Positions 24,262 to 33,919 of a DNA stretch of 40,260 bases are shown one piece after another. Source of the stretch: Candidatus Omnitrophota bacterium (GTDB taxonomy: Bacteria > Omnitrophota > Gorgyraeia > Duberdicusellales > 4484-171); the NCBI GenBank assembly GCA_021735405.1, contig JAIPHC010000002.1:1-40260 (forward strand). Reading direction: 5' to 3'. Both the position numbers and the translations under genes were made by a program. The notes under the pieces were generated by a model. The model did not search any database. It was not told the DNA's origin and saw nothing but the letters and a program-made list of their open reading frames with translations. The stretch's first letter is position 1. Each line of letters opens with the position of its first letter.

Positions 24262-25457
24262 GCAAAATTAAAGTTATAAAAGATAAATGTACCGGTTGCG
24301 GGCTTTGCCTTAAAGCCTGTCCGGTGGACGCTATAACAATAGTTTCAAAAAAAGCTGTAATTGACCTTGATAAATGTACTCTTTGTAAAGCTTGCCTAGA
24401 TAGTTGTAAATTCGATGCTATTGAAGTAAAAGAACAAACCAGAAAGGCCAAAGATTTATCAGAATATAAAGGAGTTTGGGTTTTTGCAGAAAATTCAAAT
24501 GGGATTGTTGCTCCGGTTGCTTTTGAACTTTTGAACAAAGCGCGTCAATTAGCCGATGATTTAAATACTGAAGTTTCCGCAATTTTATTGGGGCATAAAG
24601 TTGAATCAGAAGCCGAGAAACTAATTCAACGGGGCGCAGATAAAGTTTATTTAGTTGATTCTAAAGATTTAGGCCATTATATATCAGAAAATTATACAGC
24701 TAAAATTGTTGATTTAATTAAAAAGTATAAGCCGGAAATTTTATTAGCCGGCGCAACCACAACAGGAAGAAGCTTGGCGGCAAGAATCGCAGTTAAGTGT
24801 TATACCGGTTTGACTGCAGATTGTACCGGTTTAGAAATCGATAAAGATAAAAAAATATTAATCCAGACCCGGCCTGCTTTCGGGGGAAATATCATGGCTC
24901 AAATCATTTCACCTAATTTCAGGCCCCAGATGGCAACCGTACGGCACAAAGTAATGCCGGAAGCTCAACCGGATTCCGGCCGTAAAGGTGAAATTATAAA
25001 AGAGTCTTTTGATTCGGAAAAAGTTGATAAAAGGATAAAATTTTTGGATTTTGTAAAAGAAGATGTTTCCACTATAAATTTAGCCGAAGCCGATATTATT
25101 GTTTCCGGCGGAAGAGGCTTAGGTTGTCCGGAGAATTTTAAAATTATCGAAGAGTTAGCAGAAACTCTCGACGCTGCGGTAGGTTCTTCACGGGCCTGTG
25201 TTGACGCCGGATGGATTCCTTATTCTCATCAGGTAGGCCAAACCGGGCGTACGGTGTGCCCTAAAATTTACATTGCTTGCGGAATATCCGGACAAATTCA
25301 ACATTTAGTGGGCATGCAGTCATCCGATTTAATTATTGCTATCAATAAAGATCCAGAGGCGCCGATTTTTAAGGTAGCTGATTATGGAATTGTCGGCGAT
25401 CTTTTTAAAGTAATTCCTCTTTTTGTTAAAAAGTTAAAAGAGACGCTTAAGCGTTAA
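24258..25457 (+). CDS. etfA: electron transfer flavoprotein, alpha subunit, with an N-terminal 2x[4Fe-4S] ferredoxin domain
   Basis: CTGCGLCLKACP and CTLCKACLDSC are followed by a standard EtfA body (VSGGRGLG, GQTG, ACGISGQIQH). Confidence 0.88.
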   Translation: MSKIKVIKDKCTGCGLCLKACPVDAITIVSKKAVIDLDKCTLCKACLDSCKFDAIEVKEQTRKAKDLSEYKGVWVFAENSNGIVAPVAFELLNKARQLADDLNTEVSAILLGHKVESEAEKLIQRGADKVYLVDSKDLGHYISENYTAKIVDLIKKYKPEILLAGATTTGRSLAARIAVKCYTGLTADCTGLEIDKDKKILIQTRPAFGGNIMAQIISPNFRPQMATVRHKVMPEAQPDSGRKGEIIKESFDSEKVDKRIKFLDFVKEDVSTINLAEADIIVSGGRGLGCPENFKIIEELAETLDAAVGSSRACVDAGWIPYSHQVGQTGRTVCPKIYIACGISGQIQHLVGMQSSDLIIAINKDPEAPIFKVADYGIVGDLFKVIPLFVKKLKETLKR

Positions 25458-25469
25458 TTTTATTTAATA

Positions 25470-28400
25470 ATGTATTTAAAAGAATTAAATCTTTTTGGTT
25501 TTAAATCTTTCCCCGAAAAAACTTCCCTAAAATTCAATTCCGGAATAACGGCGGTAGTCGGCCCAAATGGATGCGGAAAAAGCAATGTGTTTGATTCAAT
25601 TAAATGGGCCCTCGGTGAACAAAGCCCGAAATCTTTACGCGGTACAAAGATGGAAGATGTTATTTTTAACGGAACCGAAAATTATCCGGCCTTAAGTTAT
25701 GCGGAAGTTAGTTTGAATTTTTCTAACGAAGATAAATATTTACCGATTAATTACAATGAAGTTCTTATCAGCAGGAGGTTATATCGTTCGGGCGAGAGCC
25801 AATATTTTATAAACAAAAGCCCGGTAAGATTAAAGGATATCCAAAATTTATTTTTAGGCACAGGAATTGGGGAATCTACTTATTCGTTTGTTGAGCAGGG
25901 AAAGATTGAGGTATTTTTAAGTTATAAACCGGAAGATAAACGTTTAATTTTCGATGAAGCAAGCGGAATAGTAAAATATAAAGAAAGAAAAAAAGAAGCT
26001 CTGCGCCGTCTTGCCGAAGCAGATGATAATATCGTCCGCCTGGATGATATATTAAAGGAGATAAGGCGGCAAATCGGATACCTAGAGAGGCAAGCCGAAA
26101 AGGCGGAAAAATATAAAGAAACTAAAGGAAAATTGATTGAGGTAGAAAAAAATATAGCTGCCCAGCGGGCCCGGGAATTTGATAAAAAAATCAAAGATTC
26201 AGTTTCTAACCTTAATTTATCAGAAGAACAAGAATCGATTATTAAGGAAAAATTAGCCGCGCTTGATACTGAGCTCGATGATTTAGAGAAAAAACAAAAC
26301 AGCTTAAGAGCCGATATTGACCAGCTCAACAGCGTAGTAGTTTCGGCTAAAGCGCAGGTAAGCAATTATGAAAACAATATCAATTTTTCCAGCCAGCGGA
26401 TTCAGGAGTTAGAAGAAAGAAGCAGAAGCCTTGAATTATCCAGTAAGGCTTTGGAAGAAAAAATTAAGGCTCAAGGCAATAAAAGACAAGAGGAGTTAAG
26501 GCGGCTCGATATTATTGAGGAAGAAACAAAAAAAATAGAAGATAATTTGGCAAATATTTCTGCGGAAAAAGAAGATAATTTTAAAAAGATAAAAGAAGCG
26601 CAAAAAAACCTAAAACAGCAGAAGGAAAGCGTGATAGTTTTAGAAGAGAAAAAGGCAAAAGCGAATAATTCAATAATTGAATTACAGGCGCAAATTACTA
26701 CTTTGCTAAATCGTAAAAAAAGGCTGCTTTTAGATAAAGGCAAGCTTGATAATTTGCTTTTGGAAAATTCCAAAAATTTGGAAAAATCAGAAGACGAATA
26801 TTCTAAAGTTTTCAAGCAGCTAAACCAGCTAAAAGCAAAGAAACAAGGGCTAGCTAGCCAAGAAAAGGAAATCAATCAAGAGGTTGAAAGCTTACGGGAA
26901 GCGTTGTCCGAGAAAGAAAAAGATTTTTTTGAATTAAATGCTTCTTATCAATTTTTGAAAGAATTCCGGACTAAATACGAAACTTTCTCCCGAAAAGAAA
27001 ATATTACTGTTTTTTTCGATAAAGATCCCGGAGATATTAATAAGTTAGTTGCTTCTTTAAAAGATATAGAATTTAATCAAGAAGGCAATGTGTATAAAGC
27101 AAAGCTAGAAGCAAAGGTTATCGCCTTTGATCAAGAGCAGCTACGGAAAAAAATCTCTGCTTTAGAATTAGAAATTACTGAAACCAAACAAAAAGTTCAA
27201 TCTTTACTTCAAGAAAAGCAATCTTTAGATGACCGGTTATCTTCAGAAGATAGTAATATCGAAAGCTATAAAAACAGCCTTAGCCAGATTCAGCAAGACA
27301 AAGATTCCGCTAAACGGGAGATTGAAAGATTAGAGGAAGAACAACAGTTGGTAGACGAGGAAACTAAAAGCGCTTTAGAAGAAATCAATGACCTTGAATC
27401 TAAAAAGGAACAAGCTAAGCAAATAACCGATAACAACAGTTATGAGTTAGATAAAGTAAATAATTTATTATCTTCTATACAAAAAATAAGAGAAGACTCA
27501 GAACAAGCCTTAAGGGAGATAGATATCCAAACCGCTCAACTCAAAGCTCAAAAGGAATCGTTATATAAGGAGAAAAATAGTATTGGTTCAAAGGTTGATT
27601 TTTTTAAGGAAGAAATCGAAGGCTTTGAAAAAAATATTGAAGAGGTGGAAAAAGAAAAAGAATCCGGGCGCAATCAAATTAATTTTTTAGGGGAAAAGAT
27701 AAAAGAGTTGAAAGAAAAAATAGAAAAGGATTCTCAAAATATCCAGGATTCAGTTTTAAAGAAAAAAGAGCTTCAAGAGGGAGAAAAGAATATTAATAAA
27801 GAGATGTCAGAGCGGCGGAGTAAAGTTGTTGAATTAAAGCAAGATTTAGTTAAGCTTCAGCAAGTTATCTATGATCAAAAACTTAAAATTCAAAGTTTAG
27901 AGTATGAGAAAGGCAAAATTAAGGATTATTTGCAGCAGGTATATGATTTAGAAATTGACCTCTCCTTGCTGGAGGTAACCGATAATCCTTTAGAGCAGCT
28001 TGAGGAGAATAAAGAAAGATTGCAAAAAAGATTGAATTCTATAGGCGAAGTCAACCTTGTCGCTATCGAAGAGTTCCAAGAGCTTAAAGAAAGGAGGGAT
28101 TTCCTTGAAGGCCAACGAATGGATTTAGTTACTTCAAAGGATAATTTAAAAAAAGCAATAAATAAGATAAACCGCACTTCTCGCCAGACATTTTTGGAAA
28201 CTTTTGAAAAAATAGAAAAAGAGTTTAAGAAAAACTATAAATTTTTATTTAATGGGGGCAGGGCAAAGCTGATTTTAATCGACCCTGATGATATTTTGGA
28301 GTCAGGAGTTGAAATCGAAGTCCAGCCACCGGGTAAAAAATTGCAGAATGTATCTTTATTATCCGGGGGAGAAAAAGCTCTTACTGCAATAGCTTTGATT

Positions 28401-28661
28401 TTTTCTATCTTTACGGTAAGGCCTTCTCCTTTATGTGTGCTTGATGAAATAGATGCTCCTTTAGATGAAGCTAATGTGGACAGATTTAACCATATTTTAA
28501 AGGATTTTTCTCAACAGGCCCAGTTCATTTTAATCTCCCACAATAAAAAAACAATGAGCAATGCCGATGTCCTTTATGGGGTAACTATGCAGACAAAAGG
28601 CGTATCAAAGCTAGTTTCTGTTAAGTTTGCCGAGGAAGGGCGGGAGAAAGCCAAAGCCTAG
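25470..28661 (+). CDS. smc: chromosome segregation protein SMC
   Basis: Walker A GPNGCGKSN, long Glu/Lys-rich coiled coils, signature LSGGEKALTA and Walker B LDEIDAPLD. Confidence 0.92.
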   Translation: MYLKELNLFGFKSFPEKTSLKFNSGITAVVGPNGCGKSNVFDSIKWALGEQSPKSLRGTKMEDVIFNGTENYPALSYAEVSLNFSNEDKYLPINYNEVLISRRLYRSGESQYFINKSPVRLKDIQNLFLGTGIGESTYSFVEQGKIEVFLSYKPEDKRLIFDEASGIVKYKERKKEALRRLAEADDNIVRLDDILKEIRRQIGYLERQAEKAEKYKETKGKLIEVEKNIAAQRAREFDKKIKDSVSNLNLSEEQESIIKEKLAALDTELDDLEKKQNSLRADIDQLNSVVVSAKAQVSNYENNINFSSQRIQELEERSRSLELSSKALEEKIKAQGNKRQEELRRLDIIEEETKKIEDNLANISAEKEDNFKKIKEAQKNLKQQKESVIVLEEKKAKANNSIIELQAQITTLLNRKKRLLLDKGKLDNLLLENSKNLEKSEDEYSKVFKQLNQLKAKKQGLASQEKEINQEVESLREALSEKEKDFFELNASYQFLKEFRTKYETFSRKENITVFFDKDPGDINKLVASLKDIEFNQEGNVYKAKLEAKVIAFDQEQLRKKISALELEITETKQKVQSLLQEKQSLDDRLSSEDSNIESYKNSLSQIQQDKDSAKREIERLEEEQQLVDEETKSALEEINDLESKKEQAKQITDNNSYELDKVNNLLSSIQKIREDSEQALREIDIQTAQLKAQKESLYKEKNSIGSKVDFFKEEIEGFEKNIEEVEKEKESGRNQINFLGEKIKELKEKIEKDSQNIQDSVLKKKELQEGEKNINKEMSERRSKVVELKQDLVKLQQVIYDQKLKIQSLEYEKGKIKDYLQQVYDLEIDLSLLEVTDNPLEQLEENKERLQKRLNSIGEVNLVAIEEFQELKERRDFLEGQRMDLVTSKDNLKKAINKINRTSRQTFLETFEKIEKEFKKNYKFLFNGGRAKLILIDPDDILESGVEIEVQPPGKKLQNVSLLSGGEKALTAIALIFSIFTVRPSPLCVLDEIDAPLDEANVDRFNHILKDFSQQAQFILISHNKKTMSNADVLYGVTMQTKGVSKLVSVKFAEEGREKAKA

Positions 28662-28679
28662 CTTTCATTATTAACTAGA

Positions 28680-29840
28680 TTAGCAGCTTACCGTACAATT
28701 TTTTCCTTTCTTTTTTGCCCGATAAAGGGCTTGATCCGCTTTTTCAATCAATTCTTTCTTTTTTTGGCTATCTTTGGGGAAATTAGCTACTCCAATACTT
28801 ATTGTGAATTGATAATTTAGGATATTATTTTTTGCAATTGATTTCCTGATTCTTTCGGACAGAAGACAGGACTCTTTTTTATTATTAGAAGGCAGGATCA
28901 AAGAAAATTCTTCTCCGCCGTAGCGGCAGACTATATCGATTTTTCGACAGTTAATTTTTAAGATATCTCCAATTTTTTTAAGCGCTTTATCGCCCTGGAC
29001 ATGGCCGAAGCTATCGTTATATTTTTTAAAATTATCTATATCGATCATCAAAACAGATAAAGTTTGTTTAGTTGATTTTGCTTTAGCTAGTTCCTCATCC
29101 AGCTTATATTGAAAATAACCGTAATTCCAAAGCCCGGTAAGGGGATCAGTGTGGGCTTTAGTTAGGGTTAGTTCGAAGCTGTATGAATTTTCAAGCGCTC
29201 CAGCGGCTTGTTCGGAAAACATTTCAAATATTTTAAAATCCTCTTTGCTAATTTCTTTTTTGGTTATATAGTTGTCTACAACTAATATGGCTGCAATTTC
29301 GCCTTTAATCTTCAACGGTGCCACAATAAACTCATCTAAATCAAGTTTTTTAACCAAAGGGTCATTCTTTAATTGCTTGTTTCCTTTTTTTACCCAGAGA
29401 ATTTCGCCTTTTAAACTTTCAGCAATCAAGTCTTTACTTTTTGCTAAAGGGAATTTGAGGGATTGAATGAATTTCATAAAGCCGGGTTGGTTTTGTTTGT
29501 CTTTTTTAATCAAATAATAGTTTTCTATTAAGGTATATAAATCTTTTTTTTCATCGGAGATATGCCGCCAGATTTCTTTGGCTTCTTTTCCATTCATGGG
29601 GCCTAGGCCCATGAAGCCCTCCAGCTGTCTGTTTTTATTATTGACAAAAAATAGAGCGGCGCGGTTATACCTTAATCCTTGGTGAGAAGTAAGCCCGGTT
29701 AAAATTATATAACTAATTTCTTCTAAATGAAGGGTTTTACGCATCGCTTTGGTCAGCTTGTAAAATATTTCCAGATGGGATTTGGTTTTAGCTAATTCTT
29801 TTTCAAGCTCTTTTATCTTTTTTAGAGGATTTGTTTCCAT
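28680..29840 (-). CDS. GAF-domain diguanylate cyclase (GGDEF)
   Basis: The active-site motif is GGEEF. An RKID I-site lies exactly 5 residues upstream of it. An N-terminal coiled-coil plus a GAF-like region are present. Confidence 0.85.
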   Translation of the reverse strand: METNPLKKIKELEKELAKTKSHLEIFYKLTKAMRKTLHLEEISYIILTGLTSHQGLRYNRAALFFVNNKNRQLEGFMGLGPMNGKEAKEIWRHISDEKKDLYTLIENYYLIKKDKQNQPGFMKFIQSLKFPLAKSKDLIAESLKGEILWVKKGNKQLKNDPLVKKLDLDEFIVAPLKIKGEIAAILVVDNYITKKEISKEDFKIFEMFSEQAAGALENSYSFELTLTKAHTDPLTGLWNYGYFQYKLDEELAKAKSTKQTLSVLMIDIDNFKKYNDSFGHVQGDKALKKIGDILKINCRKIDIVCRYGGEEFSLILPSNNKKESCLLSERIRKSIAKNNILNYQFTISIGVANFPKDSQKKKELIEKADQALYRAKKKGKNCTVSC

Positions 29841-29846
29841 AATAAT

Positions 29847-29875
29847 TAGATAGCATATTTATCAGCTTTAGTCAA
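29847..29875 (-). promoter_or_regulatory. Sigma70-like promoter for the diguanylate cyclase, possibly giving a leaderless mRNA
   Basis: On the minus strand the sequence reads TTGACT (29870-29875), 17 nt, TATCTA (29847-29852), 6 nt, ATG (29838-29840). There is no SD between the -10 and the ATG. Confidence 0.4.
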
Positions 29876-29891
29876 GACGCCCCCTCAAAAA

Positions 29892-30638
29892 GGGGACGTT
29901 TCCCTCTGTTATAACTTGCTGGTAATAAAGGAGTTATAAGTAGGTGTTTTACGCAGCTAAATACCTTTGCATAATTTCTCTATACATCCTTTGTCTTTCA
30001 GTGCTTTTATCGCTTAGGCTAAGATAATAAGGGTCTAATTTTATTATTGGATCTTTTTTTCCATAAGCATAGCTATTACAACTATTCCATCTGTATTGTG
30101 ATGGTTCCTTTGTTAATTTAGCCCTAACTGGATTTGCTTCAATATAAAGCCCGGCTGTTAATAAATATAACTCATTTTCAATCAATTTACTGTGAAATCT
30201 GCCTTGCCAAAATCTTCCCACATATTTATATCTTTTTTTAAAGTGATAAAAATATGATAGTTGTAATTTATGCATAGCTTTAGAAAGGGACTCCTTATTG
30301 CTGATTTTTACGGTTAAATGGATATGATTTGGCATAAGGCAATAATGATACACTTTTATCTTACATTCAGTTGCAAATCTAAGCAGCAAATTTTTAAATA
30401 TTATGTAATCGATATTTTTCTTAAAAATGGTTTTTTTATTATTTCCTCGCGAAGTTACATTAAGTAAAGCATTATCATAAATTTTTCTTGGACCCCTTGG
30501 CATATTTACCACCCCCTTTACTTATAGACGAAATAAATCGTGAAATTCTTTCATTTTTTTTCAAAAAAATCTCAACTGGAAAACAAGTAGTTATAACTTA
30601 TTCGTGCACAAAGAGTTATAAAAGAGGGAAACGTCCCC
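29892..30638 (-). mobile_element. IS200/IS605-superfamily or RAYT-like element: a Y1 HUH transposase flanked by inverted hairpin-containing ends
   Basis: Left end GGGGACGTTTCCCTCTGTTATAAC (from 29892) and right end GTTATAAAAGAGGGAAACGTCCCC (to 30638). Subterminal TTATAACT/AGTTATAA inverted repeats are present. A miniature copy lies at 12731..12862. Confidence 0.8.
29949..30512 (-). CDS. IS200-like / REP-associated tyrosine transposase (Y1 HUH family)
   Basis: HUH motif in YHYCLMPNHIHL. The C-terminal GRFWQGRFHS...LYIEANPVRAKL...YRWNS block with the catalytic Tyr region is typical of COG1943 transposases. Confidence 0.85.
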   Translation of the reverse strand: MVNMPRGPRKIYDNALLNVTSRGNNKKTIFKKNIDYIIFKNLLLRFATECKIKVYHYCLMPNHIHLTVKISNKESLSKAMHKLQLSYFYHFKKRYKYVGRFWQGRFHSKLIENELYLLTAGLYIEANPVRAKLTKEPSQYRWNSCNSYAYGKKDPIIKLDPYYLSLSDKSTERQRMYREIMQRYLAA

Positions 30639-30657
30639 TTCTTGGAGGTTCATTTTT

Positions 30658-31713
30658 GTGTTTTTTCTGGTAGAATATGGCATTATGCGAAAAGATGTAT
30701 TCAAAGCCTCAAATTATGATTTTAAAATAGCTAAAGAGTTAATTGCTCAATTTCCCAAATGTCCTCGCGATGAATCACGCCTTTTAGTTTTAGATAAAAA
30801 AAGTGGAAAGTTGGATGAAAAGGTTTTTGGTGAGGTAATTGATTTTTTTCAGAAAGGTGATTGTTTAATTTTGAATAATACCAAAGTTTTTAAAGCCAGG
30901 ATTTTTGGCAAAAAAGATACAGGGGCAAAAATTGAGATATTTTTACTACAAAATTTAAAAAAGGGCCTTTGGCAGTGTTTAGTGAAACCTGCAAGAAGGG
31001 CAAAAATTGGTTCTAAAATTTTTTTTGAAGAAAATTTTCAAGCCGAAGTCAAAAAAAGAACAGAGAAAGGGTTGTTTAGAATTCAATTTTATCCTCAAAA
31101 GATAAAAGGGTTGATTGAGAGTATAGGCAAAACACCGTTACCCCCTTATATTAAAAAAGAATCAGCTTTAAAGAATTATCAAACTGTATATGCTAAAAAG
31201 AAGGGAGCAGTAGCTGCGCCAACCGCTGGCTTGCATTTTACAAAAGAGTTGCTCAATAAAATAAAGAAAAAGGGGGTTAAAATAATTTATCTTACTCTTC
31301 ATTGTGGCCTGGGCACTTTCCAGCCGATAAAAAAAGAAGATATCAGAGACCATCAGATGGCAGAAGAATATGTAGAAGTGCCAAAAGAAGCGGCAGAAAT
31401 TATCAATAATGCCAAAAAGGAGAAGAAAAAAATATTTGCGGCAGGGACTACTGCAGTAAGAAGCTTAGAAAGTGCGGCCAGTGAGAACAAAAAAGTAAAA
31501 AAATATATAGGCCAAACAAGCCTTTATATTACACCCGGCTATGATTTCAAGGCCGTAGACGGCTTAATTACTAACTTTCATACTCCTTTATCTACAAATT
31601 TAGTTTTAGTTTCTTCCTTTTCTTCCCCGCAGCTAATAAAAAAGGCTTATCGTTATGCCAAAGAAAACCAATTCCGCTTTTTTAGTTTTGGCGATGCAAT
31701 GTTGATTATCTAA
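30658..31713 (+). CDS. queA: S-adenosylmethionine:tRNA ribosyltransferase-isomerase
   Basis: ELIAQFP, PLPPYI, YQTVYA, GAVAAPTAGLHFT, HCGLGTFQP, GTTAVRSLES and FFSFGDAMLI are present. I prefer the GTG 30658 start (GGAGG at 30644-30648, 9-nt spacer). ATG 30685 is an alternative, preceded by TGGTAGAAT. Confidence 0.88.
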   Translation: MFFLVEYGIMRKDVFKASNYDFKIAKELIAQFPKCPRDESRLLVLDKKSGKLDEKVFGEVIDFFQKGDCLILNNTKVFKARIFGKKDTGAKIEIFLLQNLKKGLWQCLVKPARRAKIGSKIFFEENFQAEVKKRTEKGLFRIQFYPQKIKGLIESIGKTPLPPYIKKESALKNYQTVYAKKKGAVAAPTAGLHFTKELLNKIKKKGVKIIYLTLHCGLGTFQPIKKEDIRDHQMAEEYVEVPKEAAEIINNAKKEKKKIFAAGTTAVRSLESAASENKKVKKYIGQTSLYITPGYDFKAVDGLITNFHTPLSTNLVLVSSFSSPQLIKKAYRYAKENQFRFFSFGDAMLII

Positions 31714-31849
31714 AAACCCCTCTTTTTGTGCCTAAATAGAGCTAAATTGTCTAAAATAACTGCTATTTCTAGGTAATTTTCTTAGCTATTTTCACATAAG
31801 ACTTTGATTACAAAAGAGTTATGAAAAAATAAAAAAATAGCCCATTTCA

Positions 31850-31878
31850 TTGACTGTTGATGTTATTTTTAATATAAT
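31850..31878 (+). promoter_or_regulatory. Near-consensus sigma70 promoter upstream of the EF-G-like gene
   Basis: TTGACT (31850-31855), exactly 17 nt, TATAAT (31873-31878). SD AAGGGGG lies at 31901-31907 and the ATG at 31913. Confidence 0.6.
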
Positions 31879-31912
31879 AACAGTTTGCTTTAAAAAAAAG
31901 AAGGGGGTATTT

Positions 31913-33916
31913 ATGGGTTCTGATACATCAAAAAAGAAAGCATTTTTTATATCCGGACATGCTCAATCTGGTAAAACTTCTCTTTCTGAAAGTATTCTTC
32001 ATAAAACTGGAACGATTAATGAGTTAGGAAAAGTGGACCAAGGCAATACCGTTAGCGATTATCACGAAGACGAAAAAAAACGTAAAAGTTCTATAAACCT
32101 TTCTGTTCTTTATGCAAGTTTTGGCGACAATGAGTTTCAATTTATTGACACTCCCGGCTATACAGATTTTATCGGAGAGGTAGTGGGAGCCGCAAGGGCT
32201 TCTGATTTTGCAATTATTGTAATTGATGCTCAAGAAGGCGTGGGGATTGGAACTGAAAAAGCGTGGCAAATTGTGGAACGAGAAAATATTCCCTGTTTAT
32301 TTTTTGTTAATAAACTGGATAAAGAAAATACTGATTATAATCAGATATTAGAAGATATAAAAAAAAGCCTGACTAAAAAAATTATTAGTTTAGGATTCCC
32401 GGAGGGTAAAGAAATAAAAAGTGTTTTAGCCAATAAAGATAAGTATAGCGGCCTATATAGCGGGATATTAGATTCAGTGGCTGAAACAGATGACGCCTTG
32501 TTAGAGAAGTATTTGGAAAAAGGCAAATTAAGCCAAGAAGAATTAACCCCAGCTTTAAAAAAAGCAATTTTAGAGTCTAAAGTTTTTCCGGTTACAGCCG
32601 GGGCGGCTTTGGATGAAACAGGTGTTGATTTTTTAATGAAATTAATAACAGAAGTTATGCCTTCGGTGGATGAGGCGAAAAAGAGAAAGGCGAAAAAAGA
32701 TGAAGAAAAAGAAATTGAAGTTAATCCAAGCTCAGATGAACCCTTTTCAGCCCAAGTTTTTAAAACAATAATCGATCCTTTTGTAGGGCAATTATCGATT
32801 TTCAGGGTTTTTTCGGGAAAGTTAGACGCAAATCAAAGTTTTTATAATGCTAACAAAGAGAATAAAGAAAAAGGAGGGCAAATTTATCAACTGGAAGGTA
32901 AAGAGGAAAAGAGCCTAGATTGCGTAGTGGCTGGTGATATTGGAGCTATTGCGAAATTAAAGGAAACTAAAACAGGAGACACTATTTGTGATAATTCCAG
33001 AATGATTAGATTCAAGCCTTTAGAATTTCCGGAGCCGTCATACTCTTCATCAGTTAAGCCTAAAACTAGAAAGGATGAAGATAAAATATCAACCGCTTTA
33101 AATCGCCTAACTTCCGAAGATCCTACTTGCCGGGTATCGAGGGACCCGCAAACCAAAGAATTAATATTATCGGGGATGGGGGAATTGCATTTAAAACTTA
33201 CTATTGAAAGAATGAAAGAGCATTATGGCGCAGATGTAGATTTGGGTACGCCTAAAGTTCCTTACCTTGAGACTATCGCCAAACCGGCAACAGTTTCTTA
33301 TCGCTATAAAAAGCAAACCGGAGGCAAGGGGCAATTCGGCGAAGTATCGATTACAGTCGAACCGCTTGAGCGGGGCAAAAAGTTCGAATTTGTGAATAAG
33401 ATTGTAGGAGGTAAAATTCCGCGCGGCTATATTCCTTCGGTGGAGAAAGGAATTGAAAATACAATGAAAAAAGGTTTTTTAGCCGGATATCCGATAACTG
33501 ATATTAAAGTAACTCTTTTTGACGGGTCTTACCACCCGGTAGATTCTTCAGATATGGCTTTTCAAATTGCCGGTTCGATGGCTTTAAAAAATGCTTTTAC
33601 AGAAGGGGGGTCGGTTTTACTGGAGCCGATTATGAATGTAGAAATTATAGTCCCTTCAGATTTAACTGGACAAATTACAGGGGATATAAATAGCAAACGG
33701 GGTAGAGTTTTAGGTATGGAGCCGAAAGGGAAAAATGAAGTCGTAAAAGCACAAGTTCCCTTAGCAGAAATGTTTAAATATGCTTCAGATTTACGTTCTC
33801 TAACCGGCGGCAGAGGCAGTTATTCAATGAATTTCTCTAATTATGAAGTAGTCCCTGCTCGTGTCGCCCAAGACATCGTTGCAAAATCAAAACAGGAAAA
33901 GGAAAAGGTCGGATAA
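31913..33916 (+). CDS. Elongation factor G paralog (EF-G2-like translational GTPase)
   Basis: G motifs are present but diverged from canonical EF-G: GHAQSGKTS (vs AHIDAGKTT), DTPGY, NKLD. Domains II-V are recognisable (GDIGAIAKLKETKTGDT, YKKQTGGKGQFGEV, GSYHPVDSS). It is not in an rpsL-rpsG-fusA-tuf context. I prefer ATG 31913 over track start 31850. Confidence 0.8.
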   Translation: MGSDTSKKKAFFISGHAQSGKTSLSESILHKTGTINELGKVDQGNTVSDYHEDEKKRKSSINLSVLYASFGDNEFQFIDTPGYTDFIGEVVGAARASDFAIIVIDAQEGVGIGTEKAWQIVERENIPCLFFVNKLDKENTDYNQILEDIKKSLTKKIISLGFPEGKEIKSVLANKDKYSGLYSGILDSVAETDDALLEKYLEKGKLSQEELTPALKKAILESKVFPVTAGAALDETGVDFLMKLITEVMPSVDEAKKRKAKKDEEKEIEVNPSSDEPFSAQVFKTIIDPFVGQLSIFRVFSGKLDANQSFYNANKENKEKGGQIYQLEGKEEKSLDCVVAGDIGAIAKLKETKTGDTICDNSRMIRFKPLEFPEPSYSSSVKPKTRKDEDKISTALNRLTSEDPTCRVSRDPQTKELILSGMGELHLKLTIERMKEHYGADVDLGTPKVPYLETIAKPATVSYRYKKQTGGKGQFGEVSITVEPLERGKKFEFVNKIVGGKIPRGYIPSVEKGIENTMKKGFLAGYPITDIKVTLFDGSYHPVDSSDMAFQIAGSMALKNAFTEGGSVLLEPIMNVEIIVPSDLTGQITGDINSKRGRVLGMEPKGKNEVVKAQVPLAEMFKYASDLRSLTGGRGSYSMNFSNYEVVPARVAQDIVAKSKQEKEKVG

Positions 33917-33919
33917 ATA

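Noticed and set aside
25922-26875. Long antisense ORFs inside smc (25922..26365 and 26471..26875, also 27926..28177)
   Set aside because: They are Ser/Phe/Leu-rich low-complexity translations, the mirror image of the Glu/Lys-rich coiled coil on the + strand. They have no start context and no motifs.
30488-30673. 61-aa + strand ORF spanning the transposase start region and the element's right end
   Set aside because: It crosses the terminal repeat, has no SD and no motifs, and overlaps the better-supported queA start region.
31790-31830. Possible degenerate remnant of the mobile element end (ACAAAAGAGTTATGAAAAAA vs ACAAAGAGTTATAAAAGAGGG)
   Set aside because: The match is short, AT-rich and lacks the diagnostic GGGAAACGTCCCC terminus. 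It cannot be distinguished from chance.
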